This document shows positions 1-11,464 of a stretch of DNA of 64,000 nt, piece by piece; positions within the stretch are counted from its first letter, which is position 1; each line of letters opens with the position of its first letter. This DNA comes from Microthyrium microscopicum (Eukaryota), in NCBI GenBank assembly GCA_010405405.1, contig MU004231.1, positions 608,153 to 672,152 on the forward strand, in the 5' to 3' direction. The notes under the pieces were generated by a model. It saw only the letters and a list, made by a program, of their open reading frames with translations, made no database searches and had not been told where the DNA came from. The position numbers and the translations under genes were made by a program.

Positions 1-1709
1 ACTATATGTACAAAAGTTCTGAAATTTCAGCTTAACTTTGCGGCCCATGCAACAAGAATTTCTTCGGATTTTCAAACGCGACCTAACCCTTCTTGATGTC
101 TCTGATTCGGCGAACCCCCACGGCGATCAGGAAGGACGTAAGAACTACCTATCTAAGAAGACTGCGGTCTGGCTGGGATGGCTGTTGCTTCATCTGACTG
201 TTTTCTAGCAGTTGGCCGTTGCTAAAGCCTAGAGTTGCATGGGGAGGGCGCTCCGCAGGGTCAAATTTTGGAACCAGCAGTGACTAGCATAGCTTTCACA
301 GCAAAAACACTTTACACTTTTTTTTTGCTAGCTATTGGTTCAATCCTGGATGGCGACAGAAGTTTGCGGCCCCTTTTTTTGCGTAAAGGAGAGGGAGATG
401 CTCTTTTGCTACGATGGAAGAGGAGGTGTCTATATCATACATTCTCTTGGTGGAGGAGTTGTGTATTGATGGCGCTGACAAATGACTGAGTGGAGCGTAT
501 AGTTCCCCATCAATTGGAAGGTCAACAGATCGATTCCTAGCAAGGGCTGAAAGTCAAGAAATTCCTTTTTTTACGCTGAAAAGGGTATCAGGATGCTCTC
601 TGGCCAAAAACGACGACGATGGATTTTTTGAAGACGATATCTTGGTGAAAGAGTTGTTTTCAGAGGATAGGGTCGGCGGTGATGCTTCATTGAGGCAGTT
701 TGGTGGAGTTCGCTGTGCCCCTGAGCTTCCGGCGGTTTCATTGAGAGCAACGGAGCAGAAAGAATTGTTCGGATTTTGCATTTCCAGAGCAGGGAGATAT
801 AGGCTGGAGAAGATCTAAGTCCAGGGACTTTTCGCAACTCTATTCTACGAGGAGCACTGGTATGGATGTACGATAAGGCTGACCGAGTTCTGCTCCGTGG
901 TATCATGAAACTATACCAGCAGCAGTCACGAATGGTATAGTATCAAGGCTTGGATCTTTGGCAGAAGCTTCAAAACCACTGGAACACTGTATCCATAAGC
1001 AATTGGGCATCTTGGAATTTGGTTTATCTGACATATGTCGGAATTGAACATACCATCATACAATCGGTAAACCACTACACGATCAACGCGATTCTAGAGG
1101 CACATTCGGTAAGAGGCAAAAACATACTGAAAGGTTTCTTTTGTTGACTTCTACAGTACTGAGGCATTTATGTTTCATGTCCAGAAGCATTTGGTGTGGC
1201 ATTCAATTGGATTTTATACGGAGAACTTGCCTTGTTCTCTCGAGCGGAAGAGTCTCCAAAAGCCGCAGAGCTCATGGTGTTTTGGCCGACACACCCCCCG
1301 AAAACACGCTCCACCACCATTAAATAAATATTCGAAACGATGAGGCCCCTATAATGCCTCTTGTGAGTCTCCGAAAAATACTTTTAGAAAGTGCAGCATC
1401 TTGTGTGGGTGCTGGTGGCTCAAAAGCAGACGGTGATGCCCATTTTCGAGCACTTTTGCGCTATCACCAAAAGCTTTACGGCACCACTCCCAGCACTTAT
1501 GCCTCACAACACAACTGTTTCCTGCTGAAATACTGTAGATACTACGGCAGTCAGTTGTCTAATAGCCGCTACAAAATTTTCATTACATACATTGCCAACA
1601 TACATCCAGGAAACACACGCAGCCCAACAGCAATTCCACGAACACCAAACAAGGACTCTGGAATTGCACTATATGATTCAAAGTTTGGAATTTCTCTTCA
1701 AAATGTTCA

Positions 1710-1895
1710 GGCGGGTTAGCTCAGTTGGTAGAGCATGGCACCATTAGCGCGTTTGTTGGGTGGGTATATATCCCGGTAATATGTTTTAGCAGTATTGTCA
1801 TACAGTATTGTTATACATGTTACCCGTCGAATAATACATGTTGGATAATCGCGATGGGACTGCTAGGGTCAGGAGTTCAAACCTCTTACCCGCCA
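1710..1895 (+). tRNA. Intron-containing tRNA-like gene, atypical anticodon loop (CC-ATT-AC), 113-nt intron 1747-1859
   Basis: Acceptor stem GGCGGGT/ACCCGCC; D-arm GCTC-AGTTGGTA-GAGC; anticodon stem TGGCA/TGCTA; T-arm AGGAG-TTCAAAC-CTCTT; discriminator A; oligo-T Pol III terminator at about 1901-1907. Isotype is uncertain. Confidence 0.85.
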
Positions 1896-2309
1896 AATTC
1901 TTTTTTTGCTGGTGGTTGGTGTGGTATCGTGCCTTTTTTGGGCTCGTTGGATAGCTGTGGCCTCGAATTGGTACAGCATGATTTTTTGGAGACGATCGAG
2001 GCGCTGATGGAGGCGGTAGAAGGGGTTGAAGATCTGGTTGTTGGTCTTGATGGAGTGGTAAGGGGCATCATCATCGTCGCCTGCTATTTACCTCCGCTCT
2101 CCATTTCCTCTACAACGAACGGCACATCAGCACCGCACCACACGATCACTCGAAATCACACACAATGGACAAAAACCAGAAATCCCAAGCTACTACATCA
2201 TCCTCCAGTAAGAAAAGCGACCCTTTCGCAGCAACAATGGCAGCATCTCGTCAGCTCCACCAAGTCATGGGTGTTGTCACTCCTGTTGACAGAGACAAAT
2301 CTGGTAAGA

Positions 2310-2712
2310 ATTCCTCTATCAAACCACATTTCTGGAGGACGCCGAAAAGATTGAATCTCCCATCGCAGTCAATGGCTACCACAGTGTGCTTTGGTTCCCA
2401 TGGATTGCGATGGGTATTTGGTGGTTTACCTGTCGAAACACTATTTTCCTCTACCAGACCATATTTCTAAACAACACCAAAAGATCGAACCCCCCATCGC
2501 ATTCGATGGCTACCATAGAGTGTTATGGATCCCATTGAATGCGATGGAGATTTGACGGCTTACCCATCGAAACACGATTTTCCTCTGTCAGACCACATTT
2601 CTAAACAACACCAAAAACGTCGAAACCCGCATCGCATTCGATGGCTGGCATAGAAAGTGTCTCTATTCAATTGCTATGGCTCCCATCGAGTGCGATGGGT
2701 ATTTGATGGTTT
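2310..2712. repeat. Degenerate tandem repeat, about 3 units of 134-135 bp, each containing an inverted repeat
   Basis: CATCGCA.TC.ATGGCT recurs at about 2361, 2495 and 2630, each followed by a complementary arm CCAT.GA.TGCGATG. The spacer TTCCTCT..CA.ACCA.ATTTCT is also repeated. Confidence 0.8.
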
Positions 2713-3071
2713 CACACAAGAGAGCAAATGGTCCATTTTTGACGTGTTGGCTCTGATTGTAGTCTTGTTTATACTGACAAATTCCAGCTGCGTCTCAATC
2801 TGCTACGACTACGAAGGGTTCAGGAGAAGGAAACAAACGAAAATTTTGAAATGATGGACAAATAGGAGAGGAATGAGAGAAATTGTCTCATTGAACTCGG
2901 CGTTTTCGTGTACAAATCTGCATTTTGACTCGGAAAAGTTGCAATTTATGCCCTCCAACGACTACGTGAAGTTCATGGCACGCTCTCATCGAGTGCGATG
3001 TCTACCATCGCAGCTTATGAAGAGCATGCTTTCTGATTCCCGTAATCACCTCTTATACCGCGAGCATCGAC

Positions 3072-3563
3072 TCACGCCAATCTGGGTCGCTCGTAAACAT
3101 GGCCAGCAGAACCAGTTTCAGCGTCAACAAAAAACACGTTGCCGTCAGTTGTCAACTCTTCATAATCGACTTCACTGCCTTTTTGAATCTTCCCTGTTTT
3201 GATCTTTTCGTCATAGGCCGCCTTCTTGAGAGGGTCCATGTATGATGTAGCTTTGGCATGATGGTCTACATAATATTTCCGCCCTTTGGGGTCGGCTCGG
3301 ATTTCCCAGAATCTGTAAGGATCCGAAGCTGTCTTTCCAGTACGCTGATCCATGAAGGTCGTTTGCCTGTCACTTCCTTCACTGTTGGGACGATAGCTAA
3401 TGAAGGCTGGGAGGGCGAGTTCGGGGTTGGCAAAGTGGAAGTTGGAGTTATCGTGCCAGACTGCTTCGTTGGTTGGACCAGCAACTACATTACAATGTTA
3501 CTCAGGATATTCTTTTAATTCAATGTCATGTGAATTACCTTTACTTGCGGCGTCGCTTGCCAT
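3072..3563 (-). CDS. Small WW-domain-like protein (2 exons; intron 3485-3538)
   Basis: Spliced MASDAASK|VAGPTNEAVWH... reads in frame into WEIRADPKGRKYYVDHHAKATSYMDP, a WW pattern with Y in place of the second W. Confidence 0.65.
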
Positions 3564-4472
3564 GATGAACTTGGCTATCAGAATCTGCTGATGAGGGAAT
3601 GAGGAATGTTGATTGATGGTTGACGAGGCAAGAATGACCTAGCCGCCTGCGGGGCCGCACAATATAAAAGTAACGTAAAAGAGGCTGTGGAAGGATTCTG
3701 CGAAGTAACCTTGAACCCTACAAAGGTGGCTGTACCTGACTACATAAGTTATTAGATAAATTAGGCGATGGTAGTACAACAGCAAATGACTCTAATGAAT
3801 TGGTTCAGTCTGCCTGCTTTGAACAGGTCGCGCGATCCAGATCTAGCCGGTTTTAATAGAAAAATATGGCATGACTGGTGGAACATATTTTGTACAAAGC
3901 ATCTACAATTCCAAAGGATTCATATACCATGAATTCATTTAAAAAGAAGGACGAAGGAGTCTAGAGACAAAAGACTCATTAAGATTTAATCAGCATTCAC
4001 GCAAGCAGGTAGAGTACTAAATCTAGCGAGGAGACCGAACCGATAGCTAAAACTTCCATAGCCTACATACCTTACATGCATGCTTACCAAGTATGAATGT
4101 GTGACAAGTATGATACATGCTGTTCTACGGTGAAGACCTTTTCCTACGGAGCAGCAGATAAGCCCAGAAACCAGTACCCGTGGATCATCTTTCCCAGCAG
4201 AGGAGCTGGCTACTTACCTTTGTACTACTTCATAATTTATCAAATGAGGTTGAAGGATTTTGCAATTTGCCCTTTTGGCTTTCTGGGATTCCTCCAAGAG
4301 ACCTTTCTAGAGGCCCACACGGCCCACCGGATTGCTTATATTCCAGAACAGAAGAATATAAGACGAGGGCCTTTCGCAGTACAAAAAGCTCCAGAACAGT
4401 CAATACAGATTTTATCAATACGCGCTCGTTACTCTTTCTTGGTTCTATTTCATCCTCAAACTCTTATTTGAA

Positions 4473-5099
4473 ATGCGTGCTCTTTCGATCCTCGCAGTTG
4501 CCTTAGCAGCTGTCACAGTTCAGTGCGGCTACAGACTCCAATGCACGTCGGATACATTGACGAACACATGTCAAAGAGAAGGAGCTATATGCAGTAGTGC
4601 TGGAAAGTTCGACTTGAACACGGCCCGTGATGGCTGCGACTATCCAGCCTGCAAGTGTCGCGGTATGTGCACAATCGCTCCACCCTAGCAGTAGAATTGT
4701 AAGCCCGAGCAGATATTGTGCGTTGGAAGATATCGATCGAGTAGAGCCTTGTAAAAGAGCTCCGCATGATTCTTCAACTAGCAAAGATTCTGCTACTGCA
4801 ATCCTACACTGTAATGGAGCCATGGACAAATACTTCTTCGTGGTTGACAGCGTCAAGACCAGTTTGCTAACTAAAGTTTAGAAGTTACTCCTCCGCCAGC
4901 TTATGGGGCTCACGATAAGGATAAGCTTATTAAAGCGACTCAATCATCGAACATCGGCGCAAAGCCCAGCTCTGCTCAAAAGCCCACTTCTGCTCCAAAG
5001 TCAAGCGCTTCTTCGAAGCCAAGCCCTGCTCCAAAATCAAAACCGAGTCCCAGCCCGAAGAGCAACAGCAAGGGTGGAAGAAACATGGTTAAGGTCTGA
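4473..5099 (+). CDS. Small secreted Cys-rich protein with Lys/Pro/Ser-rich tail (exons 4473-4662, 4882-5099; about 135 aa)
   Basis: Signal peptide MRALSILAVALAAVTVQC followed by 6 Cys. The GTATGT...GCTAAC...TAG intron joins in phase to EVTPPPAYGAHD...KPSPAPKSKPSPSPKSNSKGGRNMVKV*. Confidence 0.65.
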
Positions 5100-6055
5100 A
5101 GAATCGGTGTCTGTACCAACATAGGGGTATCGAGCTTTTGTCTCTAAGAGTATTGGATGCTCAGAGCCATCAAATACTGCATGGTCGGGGCACGCGCGTG
5201 ACTGACCCTTACATAAGGCCTCTCCATTACTTTGGCATTCTCTTCTTTCCTCTATTTTACGATGTTCAAAATTCCTACCGCCTTCTCCACAATAAATGGC
5301 GATTGAAGCTATCTATGATAGGGAATAGCCGATAGATAGATGGGAGCCAATAAAGCGAATTGGGAATTTTATCCAAATTATCTATCGTCACATGTTGATC
5401 CCGTTATTCTACGTATCTGTATGGCAAATAACAAGACTTGGGGCTAATAGTAAGGACGAGTAGTGCAATTGAGAAGAGCGAATAGAAGGAGGGAGATGGA
5501 GAAGGAAAAGCAGAAAGGGGTGCATGAATGTATGTCTTATCAGATAGATCTAGCTGGAGGTTAGACAGTTCCAGCTCATTCTTGTTGACAAAGTACGACC
5601 AACAACGCAGTCTGGATGCAGATGAACAGCGTATGGCTAATGAAGCAAGCAAGCCGCCACAACCTAGAGTTTCTCATTCAGTAAAAAAAAGGCGCGACAA
5701 CATACTAAGTCCTCTAGAACCGCTTGATTGCCTGAAATTAAAGTCACTTATCAGACCTCATTTCGGTAGCGCAAAGCCTCCGAAGGTCACGCGAATGTGA
5801 CCAGCTGAGGATTGCCCATTATTCACTTCATATGGTGAACGATAACCCATTCTGTAACCATATAATCTTTTCCTACAATCCTTAGTCCTCTTGACACAAC
5901 AACAACATCAACATCATCACCGCAATCCCACAAATCAAACAACCAGAAAGCCTCGAAAGCATATCATCTCCAAAACAAAATCCTCCAAAACCAAAACCAA
6001 TCAGTTACTTCTCCAATTCTCTAGTCGAGTGACGACATTGACAATCTTAGCCACT

Positions 6056-6280
6056 ATGAAGTGTCACCTCGCCTTCACCATCGTTCTTCTGAGCGCGTTG
6101 CAATACGTTGCGACTGTCCGAGCCGATTGCCAAGGTGGCGCGAAGAGTGGCACTCAGTGGTGTCGCAGCGACCCATGGGGAATTGCCATCTGTGATGGAG
6201 ACACTTGGGAGACACTTGCGATCTGTGGACAGGGATGTGACTGCGGCTACAAGGGCATTACGCCGTATTGTTCTTGTTAA
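6056..6280 (+). CDS. Small secreted 8-Cys protein (74 aa), weak resemblance to CBM19-type modules
   Basis: Signal peptide MKCHLAFTIVLLSALQYVATVRA; mature DCQGGAKSGTQWCRSDPWGIAICDGDTWETLAICGQGCDCGYKGITPYCSC. Confidence 0.7.
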   Translation: MKCHLAFTIVLLSALQYVATVRADCQGGAKSGTQWCRSDPWGIAICDGDTWETLAICGQGCDCGYKGITPYCSC

Positions 6281-6565
6281 ACGATGATGGCAGAATGGTT
6301 CGACTCATGGCGTGGGGGAATAACTTCAATCGAGGCGGTTGCTCATTGAGACGGCCTGGACATGGACGAGGATCCAGAAAAAAGATTCAATACATGACGT
6401 TGTGAACATTGACCTTGATGCCCAAACTGCCTTTTGTGACTCCGTAACATGCCAAGTACCCTATAACGCTTAAGCAGTTCAGCAAAATCATCAAGAAGCT
6501 ATCGATATATAGTCTCCATTGCATACTCAGACACGCACCTTACGCAAGAGTTAACCAGAACAAAA

Positions 6566-7194
6566 TTATTCCCGCTGTAAAACGACCATCAGTCCCATCA
6601 GCCCCAACATCACCGTTTTCATCCAAGGATGCTCGCTCAGCATGATCGTCACGTATCCAACGCCCGGCACATAACCAATCACATTGCCAATAACATCCGT
6701 CGTTCGGTCCAGGTAGCTCTGTCCTGGCGCATAAAGCTCCGTATCGTCCGCCGCATTATTGTCGCCTTTCGTCAGCAGTCGCAATGGTTTCACCCTATTA
6801 CCACCGCATTATTAGCCTCTCTCCCGTCCGAAACAAAAACCACGACTCTGGGGAAACTCACCCTCCATCAAAAGTCCGTATCACGCGATGCACAATCGGA
6901 ATCTCCTTGCCCTTGACCTTGTATACCACCACATCGCCTACCGCCGTTGGATAGCCGCGGTTCCAGAGAAATAGTAGATCGCCCCGTTGGAAGGCGGGCT
7001 CCATGGAGCCGGAGAGGACGACGACGATGGGACTGGGTGAGTCGGCGATGATGCTGAGTCCTTTCCACATCATGAATGCAGTGGACATGATGAAGGCGAA
7101 GTTACTGCTATAGTTAGCTGATGTATCTGGTAGCTATGAGAGCTAGTTACAGTATTTGAACCGCATAAGAGCGTGGGGACATGCCGCCGAGCAT
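6566..7194 (-). CDS. SEC11: Signal peptidase complex catalytic subunit (introns 7105-7150, 6795-6861)
   Basis: [30 protein letters not shown] and LLTKGDNN motifs. Confidence 0.95.
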
Positions 7195-8088
7195 GATTGC
7201 GGTTGTGGGTGAGCTGGAAGTCGAGGTGAGGGTTTGCGGGCGAACTGCGGCAGATTTGGGCGAATTAGGGTAGCAGACCAGTTGGCAAGTCTGTACAAGC
7301 TGAAATTGGAGCTTAATGAGCGGAATTGTTGATTCTGAAGGAAGAGCGTATTGTTGAATTTGCTGGAGCTTGAAGTTGGGATGCGTTGCGGTTGCGACGT
7401 GGTCTCAAAAAGAGCGGCACCCCTGTCCACGCTAGCTTAAGGAACTGTGGTTTAAGAAATCCTAGGGTTTTGATTGGTTGTTTATTTGGCCCAAATAAGG
7501 CTGAGCTCAGTGACAATTCCAACACTAATGCGACTTTGGTTCCCCAGATATCAAAAGTACCATTCAATATCGCGCTTTCGACATTCAAACCAGACTTTGT
7601 CTATATTCTTTGTAGCAAAAACGCCACACATCCTTTACGAACAAATCTGCCTGTATTCCCCCATAAACTCTTGCGCTTGCAATACCAATCGCCAGTGTTG
7701 CAGTCCACGGCACCTCTTCACGTCTGAACTGGGGGATCAACTCAACCTCTAGAAAGGCTCGGCCTTCTCCCACATTCTCTAAAAATGAATGAGCGTGCAG
7801 GAGATGAGATAATTCCTGCGCATATTGTAAAGATTGTACCAATAACTCAGAACCGTCCGAAAAGTCTGGATCAGTTCAACCAAAAAACTCAACCTTCTCC
7901 CAGGTAAATTTCCAGGCCTTAAAAGCCCACTTCCAATTTGCAAACTGCTCTTTCCATTCTTTCCACCTTCCACTTCTCTTGCTCGTTTTGGAACAACAAT
8001 CCTCGCCTGCGCATTTGCTAAATCTGACCATCCCTTTCCCAGCCTCAAAGACCTACCACAAAAGCCTATTCCCAACACCTCAACAAAC

Positions 8089-9087
8089 ATGATCAATCTA
8101 CCCAAATTGGCAGCAATCGCAGGATTAACACCAGTTATCAGTGATCCAGCATTAATATGGCCGTTCCGCGCAAGAGAAACAAAACCCCAGGACGATGCAG
8201 CAAGCGCTCCTCCCAACACCACCGATAACCACAAGATCACGGTTGGATACTCCTGGAAACAAGGTCCCCTACCTGCCCCTCCCATCTCCGGTATCGACCC
8301 AAGTCCCCTAACTCACAACCCTCCCAAATCCATGAGCCCGAAAGCTATCGAATCGGCCACGCAAAACTACCCCTTTCAGCAAGCCCTGCCCGATGACCTC
8401 CACAGAGCCAAGCGCAAGAACGAGGAGGACCATGTCTCGGGCGATACGGTGAACGAGCCTGCTCCTTTAAACCGCCAGTTTGAACTTTCTCGGCAGCAGC
8501 GTCTTCACCACGAACAACGGGCAAGTCAATATGCCGACGCTACCAGCAAGGAAGTTAGTGGTCCGCGCCTGCCTGGCCAGCGTGTCTTTCATCCGCTGCT
8601 GCGGCCAGGGATGAAAATAGAAGTTGAGACCACCTTTACGGCTCCTGGTGGGAAGGCGCCAGTGACTATGCGTAGTATGATTGACGCTTCGGCACCGCCG
8701 CCGAAGAAGAGGAGGAAGAAGGGGTCTGGATTGCCCGAGTGGGAGAAGGGTCTTGATAAGCCGCTGAAGGCTCTTGAGCCAGAACTGGAGGATATGTATG
8801 ACGACTTCTTTGATGCGGAAGGTGCTCAAGAAGAAGAAGATGAAGAAGAAGACGAGGAAAAAGAGGAAGCAGAGGAAGAAGAGGAAGAGGATGAACATGC
8901 CATTTTTCAAAGATATGAACTCGGGGTATTTCCTTCCAAAAAGTCCGGCCAACCGTCCAATCCTAGTGCTGTTAACGGAAAGGAGGATCAGAACGGCCAC
9001 ACTGCTCCTGAAATGGCCCGAATTGACACGCATCAGAAATGCTCAAAAGATGATGACGACCACGATCAAATGGGGAAAGAACTGTAA
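8089..9087 (+). CDS. Hypothetical protein with NLS-like PPKKRRKK and acidic tract
   Basis: 332-aa ORF with coherent composition; no family recognised; start uncertain. Confidence 0.55.
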   Translation: MINLPKLAAIAGLTPVISDPALIWPFRARETKPQDDAASAPPNTTDNHKITVGYSWKQGPLPAPPISGIDPSPLTHNPPKSMSPKAIESATQNYPFQQALPDDLHRAKRKNEEDHVSGDTVNEPAPLNRQFELSRQQRLHHEQRASQYADATSKEVSGPRLPGQRVFHPLLRPGMKIEVETTFTAPGGKAPVTMRSMIDASAPPPKKRRKKGSGLPEWEKGLDKPLKALEPELEDMYDDFFDAEGAQEEEDEEEDEEKEEAEEEEEEDEHAIFQRYELGVFPSKKSGQPSNPSAVNGKEDQNGHTAPEMARIDTHQKCSKDDDDHDQMGKEL

Positions 9088-9197
9088 CTGCAAATAAGTT
9101 GCACATGTATAATTGCAGATACCGAACGTACAAATGATAACCCTTTCCAATCCTGATTACACAACGCCTGTACTATGCTGTTCCAATAAGGTGCTAA

Positions 9198-10514
9198 TTA
9201 CGATGCGCCAACTGCCTTGTCTTCCACTGCCGTTCCGCTAGTGGATGTATCAGTCTTGATGTTCTCTGACGAGTTCTTGGCGGCCAACTGCCACGCTGGA
9301 ATAGCGGCCTTGCCTGTGCCGAAGCGTGGAAAGGAACTTGATGCTGCGGCTGGCGAGGCTGGCTTTTCTGGTTGCTTGGCCGAATCAGCGCCAGTCGCGG
9401 CGTCTACTGTGGTGGGTTGAGCGACACTTGGTGTTTCGGTGGTTGGTGAAGATACGCCGTTGGTGGAGGAAGCTGTGCCATTGGTCGGTGTGGATTGGGT
9501 AGCTGAGTTTCCTTGTGATGGTGTTGGGCGGTGATATGAGTTTGCGCTGGTGGTTGGGCCCATTCGATTACCCATGAGCGTCTTCAAGCTCTTCAACTCG
9601 TTGGTCAACTCGCGAAGGCGCGTTTCTGTAGCGCTCTTCTCGGATTCAAGGGCTTTCGGTATCAAGTCGCGCAGCATGCGGATCTCGTCAGTGTTCCGTC
9701 TTGCGTCATCTTCGCGTTTACGATCTGAGTCTTTGAGCGATGCGATAACGGCTTCTAATTCCGATAGGGCGCCATCGAGTCTGGATGTACGAGCCTCTTC
9801 AGCCTCTTTCAACGCTTTGGTATCTGTTTCTAATGAATCAAGTAATCCGAAAGCTTTTGTGAACGACTCGTCTATCGACTCCTTATCTTGCGTAAGTTGT
9901 GGTGGTGTTGGTGGTTTTATCATCGGGAGGATATATCGCTACAACCATTAACCAAGTCCAGCAATTCCATCGAATACCACATACCTTTGCGGTCACATAA
10001 AGACCAAATCCTACACCACCCATGACAGTCGCCATTATGAACCAATCCCTCCAGTCTCGTCTTGGAATCCTTGAGAATATTAGTGTTCCTATCGCATCAC
10101 AATATAGCCATGTACGCACTCTGGTGGCGGTTGTTGCCAGTATCCCGGATATGGCCCATAACCCGGCGGCGGCGCCTGTTGTTGCCCGGTATACGCATAA
10201 TTCTGCTGCTGTACAGGCGCATTGCTCGGGGGAGCATTTGGTCCACCGGCTCGAGCTAGCGCGACATTGACCTCATCCTTGGTCAGGTTCTTAGACTCCA
10301 AGAATGCGATGCGCTTGTCGAGCGGCGCGCTGGCAACGCTAGGATCTTGGAGAACTACATCGCGAAAGGCTATCAGTATGCGAGGCCGGACTCGTGTGAA
10401 GGGAACTATGCTAACATGAGACCTACGCAGGCAAAAAAATTAGCATTTGCAAGGCGAACCTTTGGGGGAGGAGGGTGGACTTGCAGCTGAGTTTACCAGA
10501 TCTTCGCGCACCAT
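9198..10514 (-). CDS. PEX14: Peroxisomal membrane docking protein Pex14 (multi-exon)
   Basis: Spliced N-terminus MVREDLVNSA|VS|FLQDPSVASAPLDKRIAFLESKNLT; RRDWRDWFIMATVMGGVGFGLY; coiled coil; AAIPAWQLAA. Confidence 0.93.
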
Positions 10515-10945
10515 GGTCGTGATCAGTGAGCCTCCAGCGAGGCCACGATGTATTGGAGATGTCCTAGGTGATAAAAGCGAGATCAAAAGCTTGTGGGATG
10601 TACTTTAGAGGGCAGAATTGGAGATGGGGTTGGAAGTTCAGAAGCAAAGGTGGTTGGCCTCGGCAAGTGCCCGGGATCCTTGTAAATTGAGGCGGCTATC
10701 AAATTCCAGCCTACCATTATTAAAACAGCTTGGCACTGACTTTACACCAATTATGTACAGGATTCCGCATCCATCTAGCCATAAGTAACATGCTGAGCTA
10801 ATCATACTACTTTTCCACTCCTTTCGGACGTGTTATCATTTTATCAACTCCAACTTCATCTTCATCACCGGTCAATGCTTCAAGGTTCTCATGCACGTCG
10901 CTGGTTTTTTGAAAGACATTGTACAACAATCAGCCGTAGAGGCGC

Positions 10946-11464
10946 TCAATCATCTTCTCGGCTTTCTATATACATGTACTGGTCCTCGTCATCGTCGCCT
11001 TCGTCATCATGAGAACACTCATGAAATGAAGTCTCAAGATAACCCTCATTATTCTCTGCATCTGTTCCCACATACCCTGTGTCATAGCTTGATTCACTGT
11101 CCACCTCCCAGCTCTCACACTCTACCACTTCGAGGCACTCCTCACAGAGTTCAAAGCCATCCACCCTGTCCTTATCGTAGCATCTTCTGCATGGATTGTT
11201 TAGGTGCAAGTCGCATCGCGCCTCTCTTGAGATGTGATAGCGATGGTCGATCTTTTTTGAACCACATTGCTCACCAGCGTTTGGTGACACAGCGTGTTCC
11301 GGGTACAGAAATTCACACCTATGGAAACAGCAGTATTCAGTGCGACCATCTTCCTGGAATCCAGCGCAATGGCTTCGAGCAGTTGATCGACAGTAGTGGT
11401 CCTCACAACAGAGTTCGCCTTCCTCTGTGCTCTTTCGACAACCTTCGGTTTGACACCTAGCCAT
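10946..11464 (-). CDS. Hypothetical Cys/His-rich, putative zinc-binding protein with acidic tail
   Basis: Repeated C-x4-C...C-x2-H-x-C-like spacing (RCQTEGC...CCEDHYC, YCCFHRC, RCDLH, CRRC...LCEEC). Confidence 0.55.
   Translation of the reverse strand: MARCQTEGCRKSTEEGELCCEDHYCRSTARSHCAGFQEDGRTEYCCFHRCEFLYPEHAVSPNAGEQCGSKKIDHRYHISREARCDLHLNNPCRRCYDKDRVDGFELCEECLEVVECESWEVDSESSYDTGYVGTDAENNEGYLETSFHECSHDDEGDDDEDQYMYIESREDD

Noticed and set aside
1..1350. Fragmentary coding-like sequence
   Set aside because: Stops in all frames and no recognisable family; may be a relic but cannot be supported.
8467..9033. Phe/Leu-rich minus-strand ORF resembling a membrane protein
   Set aside because: Antisense of the GAA-rich acidic tract in the plus-strand gene.
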